64,000 nucleotides of DNA from Camelus dromedarius. Taxonomy: Eukaryota. Positions 1-13,525 of the stretch are shown piece by piece; the stretch's first letter is position 1, and each line of letters begins with the position of its first letter. A model generated the notes under the pieces. That model saw nothing but the letters and a program-made list of their open reading frames with translations, searched no databases and was not told where the DNA came from. Location of the stretch: the NCBI RefSeq assembly GCF_036321535.1, contig NC_087443.1, positions 80,848,001 to 80,912,000 on the forward strand, given 5' to 3'. The position numbers and the translations under genes were made by a program.

Positions 1-300
1 TTCCTGGAATGTGATATTTAGAAACCAAGGCCTGGGCTCTGGTGTGCTCACTGATGCCGAGGTGCTGATGCTTCTAGCCCCTGTCAGTGCAGTGTCTGTG
101 TGCTGACCACACACACACACACGTCACGATGCGTCTGCATTTATTTCTATATCTACCATCTGCATACGTATTAAAAACTGTGACTTTGTCCTAGTACCTC
201 CAGTTCAAATCCAACACAAAAGGTTTCAATCCAGCCACCACCCTCTCCCTTCTGTGGCGGTGAAAACGTGGCTCCAGCGATGGCATGTACTCGCATAGGG
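1..300 (-). mobile_element. Old L1 3' UTR fragment (L1MC4-like)
   Basis: gatatttagaaaccaaggcctgggctctggtgtgctcactg...ttaaaaactgtgac...aatccaacac resembles the antisense L1MC 3' end (recalled consensus). Confidence 0.6.
108..121 (+). repeat. (CA)7 microsatellite
   Basis: Read directly from the sequence. Confidence 0.9.
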
Positions 301-1436
301 GGTTCTCTCAAACAGACTCTGGTGAGCCTGTACCACTGTGTTGCTATTACTAGCGTAATAGCCTGGCAGTAATAGCACTACCAGGTGTGCCCTGGTAGGC
401 GAAATCCTGTTTGTGAAGGAGAGTATTTCCTGGGCTTGCTTGGCGAAAAGGCAGTCTGCAGAATTCTTGTAACTGCTTGTGTCAGTGTGGTTAGGAACTC
501 AGGCTTGACAGTTGGACTCAAATAGATCAAAAAAATGAAATTATTTTGTTGCAAAATAGATGGCATGTTTGCAAATAAATGTACCAACTAATTAGTTCAT
601 TTTCAAATATCCAAATGTTGTATGTTGAGAAGAAATGAAACAAGGAAGGTCTTCTAAGATTATGTGAAGGATAATAATTGCCTTTCATAGGATTCTCAAT
701 TTAGGTTACTTTTCTTTTTTGTTAACTTATTTTCTTTTAATTCCCATTTTTGTCAAATTGGTACATTTTACCTATAAACAGTTCATTATGATTCTTTTCT
801 TTGTTGTAAACAGAAGTTTTGAAAATTCATTAAACAAGAAACCCTTTTAAAAGTCTGATGGTACATATCAGGGGTCAAACAGTATTCATACTTAGAGGTG
901 TGGACAGTCAAAAGCTTTATTAAAATGTTACATATCTTTATGCAGACTGAGTTATTTAGGAGTGCAGACTTGACTCGTATGTATTTCATGAATTTTTTTT
1001 CCTGGAATTGAGTTTGCTGGTGGGAAAGGACCATCAATCTCAGCTGATGGAAATCAAACTTAGCATCGTCAGTTTTCATCAGGTGGAGACTGAGAAGTGT
1101 TGGGCATCTTCACGAGAAGTCTGGCTTTAGTTCTAGGCAGCATTCAGGTGCTGGTGCCAGATTCCCCACGCTCCTTCCTGGCTGTGGCAGTCGGGTGATG
1201 TCCTGGGGATGCTGTGAGGTCCGAGCAGCCTCTGTGCCCCACTTGGAGGCTCCTACTCTGGAGACTCACCTGGACCCGCAGTGGATGTTCGGCGGTGTTT
1301 GTTACTGCAGAATAACCAAGCCTGCTCTGACTAGCACAGCGTGGAATGTGACTGTGTCTGGGCAATAGTCCTCGTCCGGCAGAAGTGTAGGCTTGCAAGT
1401 ATGTTGCATTTGACCTTGAATACCACCTGCCGCTGA

Positions 1437-1585
1437 TGTGCTGTGCCCCTGGGCTAGTTACTCGCCCTCTCAATCTGTTTTCTCATCTACAAGTAATTTG
1501 CTCTACCTTCAGTTTGCTGGGAGGAGTAAATGAGATAACGTATGTAAAGCACCTGGCCCTGTGCCAGGCATACACAGGTAATAAA
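1437..1585 (+). mobile_element. MIR SINE fragment
   Basis: gctgtgcccctgggctagttactc...tttctcatctacaag...aaatgagataacgtatgtaaagcacctggccctgtgccaggcata follows the MIR core and 3' consensus. Confidence 0.8.
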
Positions 1586-2508
1586 TTCTGTTCCTACCCC
1601 GCTAGGCCCTGTTGGCATGGGGTCGCCTATGTAAACCTGAGAAGTGTTCTTTTTCTGGGGTATTTGCTTTTGATAAAAAAGGAAATAAATAACCACCTGG
1701 TTATAGTATTTTGCCTTATAAAGGGGAGTTAAAACAAGGTATGGCTAACGTACAGCAGAGGTGTGGCTGACGTGGTGGCCGTCCTTCCCTAAGGAAAGCT
1801 GCAGCTACATCCCAAGGCCACTGTCCCCTAAGGCCATGTGAAGATGTGTGACTGGGGCCCGGGCCACCTGCCTTCCTACATGGCCTGCGTGACTTCAGTG
1901 CTCCCCGTCACCTGTAATCCACTTAGGGAAAACCAGTGTGGGGGCTCAAGGATTTCTCCCTTTATTCTTGTCTTTAAAACCAAGTTACATTCTTTTTTTT
2001 TAAGCAATAACCTTTGGGAGAAAATGAGGACTGGATAACCGAGGCAGTGACACGGTAATGCACTGACCGTGAGTGTGCAGTCTTCCCCACGCAGGCAGCC
2101 GGACCCAAATAACATAAAAATGCATGTAGCCCAGAGATGCACTTTTTCTTTTTATGACTGTACTCTGTATTTCATTTATATTTAAAACTGAGTTGACGAA
2201 TATGAATACAGATATTTAGAGTTACTGTGAAGTCATCTTTGTGGATGTGCGCGGACTGGACCTTGCAGTGTGAAAGGGAGAGCAGTTAATGGCTGCTCTC
2301 ATACTGCTTGGAATTTTCCCCTTTTTTTTTATTATCCTCTGGCTTCTGTTCTTCAGGTGTGTAGCTATTTTCTTATTATGAAGGATGATGGATGAGGCTG
2401 GAAAGTTTCTTTGGAAGCACTTCTGATATTGTGCAATGCACTTGGGGGTCAGCTGCACTTGACTGATGCATGATTTATCCCGTGTCCCTGCCACTTCCCT
2501 AGATAAAG

Positions 2509-2704
2509 NNNNNNNNNNNNNNNNNNNNNNNNNNNNNNNNNNNNNNNNNNNNNNNNNNNNNNNNNNNNNNNNNNNNNNNNNNNNNNNNNNNNNNNNNNNN
2601 NNNNNNNNNNNNNNNNNNNNNNNNNNNNNNNNNNNNNNNNNNNNNNNNNNNNNNNNNNNNNNNNNNNNNNNNNNNNNNNNNNNNNNNNNNNNNNNNNNNN
2701 NNNN
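2509..2704. other. Assembly gap (196 N)
   Basis: Run of N. Confidence 1.
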
Positions 2705-4590
2705 TAGTGTTGCAATAAGGGAGGGCGATATTATAGCTGGAAGGTGAGTTATTGCCGTAATGTAATAATACTCCTTGAAATTTAAAAAAGAGACTGTTTC
2801 TGTTGAGGGTGATTGTGCTTTTGAAATTAAGTTGAAGTGAATCTTATAATTGGCCACAGTAATGCATTTTGAAGGTAATATCTTTTATTGTGTTATGCCT
2901 AGTTGCATTACCTCTTATTTAGCGGTTTCTGGCCTCAGATTTTCTATTATTCGGGTAGAAGCAGGCTTGGAATTCTGTCAGATACGGGGGCTCAAATGTT
3001 TTATTCTCTTTTTGAGCATTACCCCTTGTCTGAAAGTTACAGAATGGAAAAAAATACATATTTGACCAAATCATTTAGATATCAAAGATTAAAAATTATA
3101 GTTAATTTTTAATAAGTTTAAACAAGTTTCTTATAAATGTGTTTTGCTTCCCGGTCTTGGCACGTGTGCTGGGAATTTCTGTTGAAGCCTCGTGGTTTTG
3201 AGCAGGGCCCACCCCATGCCCCCTTTAGGTACACATGGTTTGTAGCCGTCCCTTCCCGGTTCTGAAATGAAATTCATGGGTCACATCTACCCACATTAAC
3301 TATTCAGGAACAACTTCAAGCTATGAATAAACAGGCAATAATTTATAAGAAAATTCTATGTTTTTGGAACAAAAAATCTCAGGCAGGGGTACCCCAGGAG
3401 CACGAAGATGTAATTGGGTGTGCGTACCTGGAACACAGTGGCTATGCGCAGAGCCGGGCAGTGCGGTCAGTGGTGATTCACCATCTGGCATTTATAACCA
3501 TGATTTTGCCGAAATGCTGGACAGCTGTTTGTAAAGTTCCAAAGAAAATGGGGCCCATCTTTCCCTGGAGTCGCAGAGGGGCTGCACTCCTGGGAAACCC
3601 TGTGGGTGGGAAAGCTGCTCAGACATTGTGCGTCCAAGGGAGCCAGGCTTTAGGTTTGGGTTAGTTTTAGACTTGAGTGTGTAGACACAAGACGCAGGAC
3701 CACTGACCCACTGTTGTTCAGGACAGTCCCACATGTTTCACAAGCACCCTCCCGGTGGGGGCCTGTGCGTCGCATGCCACCCACGGGGGCAGCTGAGATG
3801 CAGGTTTCTGGGGTGGGAGGGAGCTGGGAGGGAGTGTCCCCCAGGCAGTGATTGCACCCTAGTGCCCTCCACCACCCTTTGGACCTCTGTCCAGTCCAGG
3901 CATGTGGGGAGGGTGGGTTTGGGGATTTTTTTCTTTTTTTCTGACTTGGTAATTTGTAAGACAATTTAGCAAAGACCCTCCTGGAAGATACTTTGGGAAA
4001 ACACCAAGTTTGGAAAGTGTCACAGACTTAAACCAGCAGTGCTGATGATCTGGGGAGGCTAACGGTGGTCTGCTGTTTTCCTAAAGAGAAGGCAGAGTTG
4101 GGAACAGATATGTCTAGGGAAAATAAAACTAGTGAAATTTCCCCCAAAAAAACATAACCAATGGGAAATTTTCCAGAAGCAGTGGAATTTGGAAAATTTA
4201 AGTGAAATCAGGGGCTTCAGTGGTAGATAAGCCTCTCCTGCTGGCCCTCTTCTGTTTTCTAGTCCGTTGATAAGCGTATTCGGTTATCTTAGCCTGCTGG
4301 CTTCCTTGGTTTAGACAAAAGTGAAAACAATGCAGTGCAAAAGGGGCTTAGTGACTTGCAGCCTCGCTTGCCTTTTCTGCACCAGAACACAGGCCTGTGA
4401 GATACCAGGTACCACGCAGTGTGTTCTCGTGTTAGGGGATAAATATCATATAAAATAAAATGGAGTATTTTTATTTTTTTAACATTTTAGCTTCAGGCTG
4501 AAGTTTTGGGGCTGCAGAATCACCATGGAACTCAGTTACGCGGCTGTTCTCGGTCTGAGTGTGGGCACACTTAAACTGCTCACTTGCTCA

Positions 4591-4722
4591 TTTGTTTATT
4601 TCTTGGGGTATAATTGACATATAACATTACATTAGTTTCAGGTGCACAACATAATGACTTGATACTTGTATATGTTGCAAAATGTTCACCACAATAAGTC
4701 TGGTTAACATCTGTCTCCACAG
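4591..4722 (-). mobile_element. L1 3' end fragment (L1MA-like)
   Basis: ggtataattgacatataacattacattagtttcaggtgcacaacataatgac...accacaataagtctggttaacatc is a typical antisense L1 3' end. Confidence 0.75.
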
Positions 4723-4734
4723 TGGTCGTCTATT

Positions 4735-4980
4735 TCTTTTTTTTTAATTGAAGTATAAGTCAGTTACAATGTGTCAGCTTCTGGTGCGCAGCACCATGTC
4801 CCAGTCATGTATATACAGACATATATTCATTTTCATATTTTTCATTTTGGTTACTATAATATATTGAATATAGTTCCTGTGCTATACAGAACTTTGTTTT
4901 TTAATCTATTTTATATGTAGTAGTTAGTATTTACAAATTTCAAACTCTCAGTTTATTCCTTCCTACTCACTTCCCCCCTG
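4735..4980 (-). mobile_element. Younger L1 3' end (cetartiodactyl, camelid-type)
   Basis: Poly-T, then aattgaagtataagtcagttacaatgtgtcag...cagcaccatgtcccagtcatg...gaatatagttcctgtgctatacag. Shares the 21-mer cagcaccatgtcccagtcatg with the copy near 41.1 kb. Confidence 0.8.
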
Positions 4981-6349
4981 CCGGCTCCTCCCTGAGAAGC
5001 CCCTGCGTGGAGACCCTCAGTCTCCTGTGAGGCGGTGTAGGAAGCCTCTGCATGGTCTGCTTTCGAGGGTCTGGGGGGCCGGCCCCGCGTGGAGTGCCCG
5101 GAGGGAGGGGGAAGGAGGGGAGTGTGAGGGAAGGTGGACGGGAGGCGAGTGAACGATACACGGCCTGTGTCGGGAGGTGGGGAGACAGGGCTTGTGCTCT
5201 AGAATGAGACGGTCCAGCAGGTGCTGCCCTTGAATTTGGAAAAGCAAATGACATAGACATCTCCAGCCAGATGGTTCCTCTGACCGAAGAGCAAAGGTAA
5301 TATTTTCTGTCATGAAGAAGGTTTGTGGCTGTTGCTAATTATGCATTTCAAAGTACAGCGAAGTTCTGTGAAATCAGACCATTTGACGAGTTGTTTCAGG
5401 AAGAGAGCTCTGACTTGCGGAGATGGTTGTGCAGTTTACATGCGAAGCCATAGTCCTTGTCTGTCGTTTGACTCGACAGGGGTTCTGTTTGCTTTTTCCT
5501 TTGGGCTTAAAATTTTTGCCTTTCCTGTGTGAGATGTTGATTATTGCTACCCCAAAGTGTCTGGAATATGTATGGCTTTAAGCTGTGGGATCAGATTTGC
5601 GCTCGTGATAGTTTAATTTTTACTGCGTTCCCACCGCGTGTGCTTCTGTTCACACGTTACACGTGGCAGTTCCTGCTCCGCGAGACCACATTCAAAACTG
5701 CATCTTCCTTACACACCCAGGCCCAGGCACCCAGCACACCTGTGAGGCCTTCCTCCTTTTTGTTGGCTCTTTCTCTTTGTGTTTGCCTGGCACGTGCCTA
5801 TTTCTTTGTACTCTCATGTTATTTCTATACAAAAATCGTCTTTTATCAAGTAGAAAAAGCTTTACAGTCATTTCAGCTCCAGGTTGTTTAAAGTTGATGG
5901 AGTGACTGCATGTTCGGCTTAGATGTTACTGCACAGTGATTCAGACACTGTAATTGCTGTGTTATGTTTTCTCCTTGATCCGGAGGTGACTGCAGACAAG
6001 TAATTCTACTCTGCCAGACCATTTATTTCTCTAATCATTGTCTGTTTGGCTTTTCCTTGGGTATGTATGATTCTCGGGTGTAAAGTCCGCTTGGTTCACT
6101 GAAATACACATGTACGATACTTAAACATTTTTGGAAGTTGACGTTGTGAGCGCAGGGTCTCGCTGCATCGCTGGGGTGGGGCCGTGGAAGGACTGAGTGC
6201 ACCGCAGAGTCACAGTGGTGGCATTTGAACACTTATAACACAGGTGGGCGAGGCAGGCAGGACCCGGAGCCCTCGTGTGTTGTTGGTGGGCATGTAGCCG
6301 GGGGGGCCCCTCGCCAGGTTACACTCGGCCTTGCCGTGTGAGCCCGCAG

Positions 6350-6850
6350 GTCTGCCCCGAGGCACGTACCCAGAAGAACCGGAAGTGGGAACTCGAGCAT
6401 TTACTCGTACACCAGTGTTCCCAGCTTTGTTCACTGTAGTCAAACACGGGAGACTGTCCAGATGCCCATCAAGGAATGAACGGACAAACCACAAAATATG
6501 GCCCATCCATACAGGGGAATGTTACTCGGCCTTAAAAAGGAAGGGCATTCCAGCACAGGCTACAACACAGGTGAACCTTTACACATGATGCCACTGAAAC
6601 AAGCCGGACACAGAGGGCAAGTACTGTTATGGTTCCATTTACATGAGGTGCTTAGAATAGATTCCCAGAGATTAAAGCAGATTGGTGGTTTCCAGGGCTG
6701 GAGGGAGGAGGAGGCAGTATTCAGTGGGGACAGTTTTTGCTGCAGATGATAAAGTTTTGGGTAGCTGGTCACACAACGTTGTGTAAGTCTTTGATGACAC
6801 TGAATTGTACACTTATAAAATGATAAACAGGTCTTTTACCACAATAAAAG
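6350..6850 (+). mobile_element. L1 3' end (L1MB-like), sense to MGMT, with AATAAA at 6843-6848
   Basis: cagatgcccatcaaggaatgaacggacaaac...gaatgttactcggccttaaaaagg...ggttccatttacatgagg...cactgaattgtacactt...accacaataaaa. Confidence 0.85.
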
Positions 6851-9800
6851 GGAAATGTATCTGATAACGTAACCAGAGGGAAGGTCTGACACATGCTTGG
6901 TCACTGACTCTGCGTGGCCTGTCCGAGTCTCCTGGACCCACACCTTGCAAGCCACCCTGGGCAGGAAGGCTGGGGAGTGCGCTGCTGTGTCTGCGCGAGG
7001 GAAGGAGCCGTCGGGCGGCGTCTTCTTCAGAAGCAGTTCCAGAAACTATCCCAGCTTTAGTGTTCAGTGTAGGGAAAAAATAAGAAACAAAACGTCTTGA
7101 CTTTCTAGAGGACGTTGTAAAACAGGGAAGGTGACAATCCAGCGTTTTCATCCGGACGCTTGTCGTTCCCTTGACGAATAAGTTTGTGTTTTCTTTCTTC
7201 CAGTCGGGTAGCTTCCAGACCGCGCCCCGCTCTCACCTCTGTGTCCTCAACAGTCAGCGTGCTCTAAACCTGGTGGGCAGTCTTGTAGGAATGGAGGAAA
7301 CATCTGTGTCTTAAAAAAAAAATCCTTTTTTTAAGATGTTAAGTGTTAGCTTGCTTGCTAACAGAGTAGGTTCTTAGCATTTTTAAAAAGTAGTTAATTA
7401 ATTATCAAAGCGTTTTTTATTCTGCTACAGCCTGGATTTTTCTTCTAATTAAAGTTACCCTTGAATTTAACATTGCAGATCTGTAAGATTTTCATCTGTA
7501 AATATTATTTGAAGAATTGAATCTGTTGTAATTTAGATAAACTGCATCAGCTAAATTTTGTAGTAACAAGTTTTACATTTCTGCTAGTTTTTGAAACATG
7601 CAATGGAGATTTTCCTCATGGTAGTGGGAAGATATGGGAGAGAGATGATTACATCAATCAATTATTTGAACAAAGATCGGGTGTAGCTTACATATGATTT
7701 TGTAATAATCCCTGTTTCCAAGGAAAAATATTTGCACACTACTTAGTCATCGTGTCATTTGTAGATAAATGGGTCGTGGGTTGGTCTTCGTTTTTACCGA
7801 CAGGCAGATTCTGTGTGTCAATGTGGATTTCATGTATACTTCGTGCGTATCACAAGTGTCTGAAATCAGGTAACTTGAGCAAAAATGATTTTTCTACATT
7901 AAACATGAAATTTCATTTGAACCTGGTTTAATTGGTGCCGTCATCCTCTTTTGCCTACCGTGAGCAGATCCCGGTACCCACAGACGCCCAGCCCGGGCAG
8001 CCCGGGATTTCCCGAGCCCGGCCGGTTCCTGGGGTGCCGCCCGGCTCCATCCTGTCCCGTCGGCTGACCAGCTGGCCGGGGAGGGAGGAGGTTGGATCTG
8101 CCCCTTATTTGCTGCTCGGTTCCCACCGTGGGTGAGGGACGGGGAGGAGTAACTCGGGACCAGAGGGGTAAAGGCGGCTCAGAGGCTTTGCCGTGTTGTG
8201 GCGTGTCGTCTTTTCTGGGAGCACACGTGTGCAGGGCAAAGGCAAGGCCCACGCTGCTTCCTCAGCCACACACTACAGCCCAGGCATGAGGAGCAGAGGA
8301 TGTCCTGGTGCCCCCCAAGAGCTCGCAGTACAGCTGGGAGATGGTTCCAGCAGGTGAGGTGTGTTGCCAAGTGGGGGGGGGATGGGGGCCTGATTGCCTG
8401 CTGGTGACGGCATTGCTGTCCCTCACCCGAGGTGGGCCCTGGAGCTGCGATGGGGGGGCTTCCCTAGAGGACCACGTGCCCCTTTGGATAAACTCTGCAG
8501 ACCGCCTGGGGTGCGGGTGGAAGGCAGTCCTTTTGCTTTATAGCCCCGCGTCGGGGCAGTCCTTGTGCTGGCTAATGAAGAGGAAGTCGGTGCTGTAGGA
8601 ACAACTCCAGTCCCCTGGGCAGGGGTGCGTGTGTGGGTGGGAGCGCAGGACTGCTGGCGCCCGGGTTCTGGATCTGGACCAGTGCTGTGTAACCTCCCGC
8701 GTGGCTGGCATTCAAGCCAGCGTTCAGGACCTTGACTGTTGAAACATCGTGTGGCTGGAGTGACATCAAAGGGTAAACATTCAGCACAGGAGTGGGTCTG
8801 TAGGGGGTGAAGGCAGGTGTGCCCTGCAGGACGGTCCTGAGACATGCGGTCACCTGGTTGACCGGAGGGACCCTCTGAGCGACAGCTACGTTCTTGCAGA
8901 CGGAAGCTTGATCGTCTGCCACCACCAAGAATTCCACAGTGAGTGAAAGAGTGAAGCGGGAGGTCCTTGAAGGGTCTTTTCCTTTCCTTTCCACTAGTGA
9001 GTGACGGTCATCCGGACGGGATGTGTCCTCATGTCCCATCCGGACTGCTGGACCGTAATGGGGGGCACGAAGGACTGTCTCAGTACGTCACTCATTTTCT
9101 CCCCTTTTGGAAACTGAACCAGATTTTCACTATTATTCTGATGGGTCACTAAAACTACACACACCCCTAGCAAACGGGGAAGGAAGCCCTAAGTGAAAGT
9201 GGAGACCTTTGAAATTTACGGAGCATCAAAACGTCGATGACAGCTGTCGAGGTTGGAAACTCTGACCCCAAGTGACATTATTGGTGGGACTTCAGTGAAA
9301 ATCAGCTGGTGCCCGGCTGCCGGTCCGCTGTCTGGCGTTACCCACGCGTCCCACCGAGCCTCGGGAGGCGGGGGCTTGCTCCCGCACCATCCTTGCGCGC
9401 ACTTTGAGTTACCGGCAGTGCCACCCCGGAGCGGCTCCCGGCCTCCGCCTCCCCCAGGCCTGGGCCGAAGAGGCAGCTCCTGCTGGGCCTCTGGAGCACG
9501 TGTTCGCAGTGTCCTTGGCGCTGCTTTGGGTGAGGGTGGTGGCTCCCTCCACGGATGCCCCGAATGGGGGCGGGTGTTGTCAGAAGGACACGTGTGCGAG
9601 GGGCCCTGGAGAGCCAGACGCCCAGCCCCAGGTGCATGTCCTGAGCCTGCTCCGCTGTCCCATCCACGTCCACCCCCGCCGGCCTCTCTGCCGCCCGGTG
9701 ACCCTGCCACCTGGCCCTGTGACTGGCACCAGCCGCTCCAGCAGCTCCCCCTCATTTTACCTTTTGGCTGCTAAGTGCCTGGTCTCCATGTTGCTTTTAA

Positions 9801-12800
9801 ATCCACGTGAAGGAGACGGGGATGCCGGCGCTGGTGCACAGCCCACTGACAGTGGCCGTGGGCAGTGCTGCCTGGGACTCGGGGAGCCCTGACTGAGTTG
9901 TCCACGTGGGGGTCCCCTTTACTGAGGAGGAAGCAGAGCGGGAGAGCTCGCGTGTGCTCACGGCCACCAAGTGCCCCCTCTGCTTTTCTCTGTCTAGGCC
10001 CAACTCCGTCCCACCCGTACCCTGGGGACAGCATGTTCCCAACTCTAACTAAAGCACCACCGCCCAGAACTGGTGCCAAGGGGCAGTCCCCCTTTAGGTT
10101 TCCCGCAGCTTCCTCACAGGGTGGACTGTTTCTTCGTCACCTACAGTAAGGACAGGCCCCTGCGCAGAGGACACTTCAGCGGGTGGTGTGTGATTCAGTG
10201 ACGTCTAACCTCTCTGGGCTTCAGCCCTGCGCATCCCACTGCAGGGGGTGCCCTCTGCATCCTCGTGGCCAAGGCAGCTTTCCTGTGCCGAGTCAGCAGG
10301 CCGGAGATGCCGCGGTCCCAGGGTTTGATGTGGGAGTCCAGGCGCCGCCCCTGGGCCTGGTGCACACGTGCCCCAGAGGGACTGAGGTCAGTGCCCTGGC
10401 CTGACAGTCTGCTTACAACAATGGACAACAAAGAAAACCCCTCCTCTGGGAAACCTGCCGTTTTCCTGGGCAGCATTTCACTCTTCACTTCTTAATGGAT
10501 CAAGTACGCGAGGATATTTTATAAATTTTAAAGGGCCAGACACACATGGGCAAAAAGGCCAAAGTGCCTTGTGCAAGGTCGCGTGCGTTGTGGAGGATCG
10601 TGGCTCTCTGCGCAGTCTGTCCCGCAGGGAGTTCCCGCCGGATTCTTTGTCTCCCGGGACCGGCCGTCCAGAGGCGTCACCTGAGGCCGTGCTGACTGAC
10701 CGGCCACTGTGACGTCATCCTTCCAAAGCCCGGGCTGCTGTAAATTGTTTTAAATGGTGTAATTAAGAACTTCAGACGACTGAACTGTCTTTGAGGGGAA
10801 GAATCTGTCCCCTTCTCCGGAGAGATAATTAGTTCTTAGGGTATACAGTTGTTGAAGAATTTACTGTGAAGTAAGAGACTGGTATTTTATTCTTGCATTT
10901 ATTAGTATTTAATCAAACGGAAAGTGCACTTTTGGTCTGGAAATCTTGGCTTCAGCGTTAGGATTAGACTGAATTATTGTTGAAAGAGTAAAAGGTACAG
11001 AATTACATGTTCAAGTTATCGAGCCACTGGTAGGTTTTGGGCATGACGTAGCTAATGCAGGGCTTAGAATTTCCTGCCTCGGGTAAATCATTCCGAAGCA
11101 GCACACTCGTCGGTGGCTGGTGGCCTTGTTGTGGGGATGGCGTCCGTCCCTCCAGGAGCCTTGTGCCATCAAGGCTGGCTCGTTCCCGGCCGCCAGAGCG
11201 TAGCCGGAACATAAGGCTGTTCCACTTGGGACACCCAGTCATAAATCACGCCGCGCTTCTACCCGAGAATCCTTCACCGCAGACACTGTGAAACTTATTC
11301 TTTATTACGGATAAAGAGGACTTAATTCCGTGGTCCTCGGTCGGGGCCAGGCTTGAGCCCTCCTGCAGACTAGCGGCTGCTCTTTCTAAGCCAGTACTTA
11401 AGACATTCCGGAAAAATTTGTAACCACATCTTGCTTGACGTTGTGGAGTCAGAGATAAGGGCGTGAGCATGCGAGACCAGAGGGGCCTTAAGATTTGTTC
11501 GTGAGCAGGTGGGAGGGAAGGATCCAGCGGCGCAAAGCCGGGGCAGCTGATCATCACTCCACGTGCGTTTAGGGCGGGAGGAGGCACGCTCTTCCTGCAA
11601 TGGACTGGAGGGTATTTCTGGCTTTTCAGGTTCTACAGTCTCGTCACGACCACAGCTGACCCTGGACCAGCATGGGAGTGGGGCACCAGCCCCCTGCATG
11701 TTTGAAAATCCGGGTGTCACTGATAGTCCCAGTCCGCTCTGTGGTTCTGCAGCCGGGGACTCAGCCAAGCGCAGATCACGCATCCTCCTGCGTTTACTGT
11801 TGACAAACGCCTGCGTGTCAGCGGACCTGCGCGGTTCAGACCCGGGATGTCCGAGGGTCAGCTGTGCCGACAAGAGCTGCCGCCACAGGACACAACGAGC
11901 CTGGCTACCTTCTAGTGAAGCTGTATTCGAGACTGAAATTGGAATTTCATATCATTTTCACGTGTCAGGATGTGTTTCCTTGGACTTTCCCCCACTACTG
12001 AGAAACGCCCTGCACCCCGCCCGCCCCTGGTCATTGGCAGGCGTTCAGGTGCCTGAGCTCTGCACCCGCAGGCGTCCCGGCTGCTCAGGCCCGGCTCAGG
12101 TGCATCCTCTAGAACGTGCGGATCCACCCAGGGAAATGCTGATGGGCAGGGGGGGAGGGCCAGGCTGCTTATGGGCTAGTGGGTCCTGGCAGCCTCCCGG
12201 CCTTGGGCGGGGCACAGTTCCGTAGGCCTCCCCAAAAGCTACAGTTGGTTCACATCCCGAGTGTGGGGATGCTCTTCCGGGCCATTTGCTGGCGCTGTCT
12301 CCTGAGGGTTTCAGCGGAGCCTGTTACAGAATCTGGACCTCACTGTACACACCGGGCTGGATGAATCGGTGCAGACAGAGATTTGGTGACTGAACCTGGG
12401 GAAAGGGTTATAGTGATTCCCTTGTGTAAGCTGATTCTGTCACTGACACACAGGCGCTCGTTTTTAACATCCAAATCTATCCATATGCAGGTGGGAGACT
12501 TTATTAACTAGGACTTTTTCCCCAGGGCTTGATTGCAAACAGGCATGTGATGCTTCGATACTGCGGGGGCTTTACTGGGGTGGGGAGGACTGTGAATCCC
12601 ATCTGCTGTGGGGAAGAGACGTTTGGGAGCTTTGCACCTTGCACTGTCCGGCTGGTCCAGGAAGCATGTGCTCCCCCAGAGTCCACGGTGACCACGGGCA
12701 GGCCGCCCTGTGCTGCTCTGGAACAGGGGCCTCTGGGGTCTGGCTGCTTTGCCTCGTGGGACAAGTTGTGTCTCTCAGATTCTCCCACATGTTCCAACAT

Positions 12801-13465
12801 GTTACTTATTCTCTAAGAAGTCAGCCAAACGGCCCCGCTGTAGAGGCCTGTGAAGAAGGTTATTTTCTGCCGTGACGTATTTAAGCTGAAGCTTCCCAGG
12901 GCGTGCCAGGTTTAAGGGCTGACACTTCATGCTGAGCAGCAGCAGCCGCCCCTTTGCTCCTCTGGGACGGGCTGTCACTGAGCGGCCCGGGCTTCCTGGT
13001 GCCGGGACGCGGGAACACGCGCGGGCTGTGAGAGTTGTGCCCTTGACAGGGCGAGCCACAGGGCCCGTGCGGGGGGCCCCGGGGGCCAGAGCTCCCCGGT
13101 CAGACCCCGCGGTCAGGGCAGCTCTCCCACCTTCCTGGAGATGGCTCCCTCGTCGCTGTTGGCAACGTATGCAGCTCACGGGTACTGGACAGTGAGGGAG
13201 AATATGGTATTTTTCATGTTTTCCCTTCACAGTGAGCTATACGCGGATCGTCCTGGGTCCTCCCTGCAGTTCCGTGGGCGGGAGTGACGCAGGGCTGCAG
13301 TGAGGCCTGGGGAGGCCGGGGCCTGCGCATCAGCCTGCTGGTCGGGTCCTGAAGGCGGGTGTGGACCCTGCGCCGCAGGGCGTGTTCTGTGCGGAGGACA
13401 CGGGGTTTCCCAGTCCATGCTCGGGGGGCAAGAGTGGGACTCAGGGATCCCCATGGGGCTCAGGC

Positions 13466-13525
13466 TCCACGTGGGGCCCAGGGTTCCCTCAGAGCTTGGG
13501 GTCCACGCGGGGCCCAGGGTTCCCT
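13466..13525 (+). repeat. Short tandem duplication, 36-bp period
   Basis: tccacgtggggcccagggttccct at 13466 and tccacgcggggcccagggttccct at 13502. Confidence 0.85.

Noticed and set aside
2357-2743. Possible cassette exon (ttcttcag| ... aag|gtgagt)
   Set aside because: The interval spans a 196-N gap, is long for an internal exon and has no other support.
7185-7210. Strong splice acceptor ttttctttcttccag at 7203
   Set aside because: No convincing paired donor or homology; isolated acceptors are frequent in introns.
8572-9039. ORF containing VEFLVVAD, reminiscent of ADAM/reprolysin domains
   Set aside because: The similarity is limited to a few residues, with no HEXXH motif and no exon structure.
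10764-10838. 75-nt cloverleaf-like fold (outer stem taagaact/agttctta with small internal hairpins), possible tRNA
   Set aside because: No A or B box, no canonical T arm or anticodon geometry on either strand; short stems like these arise by chance.
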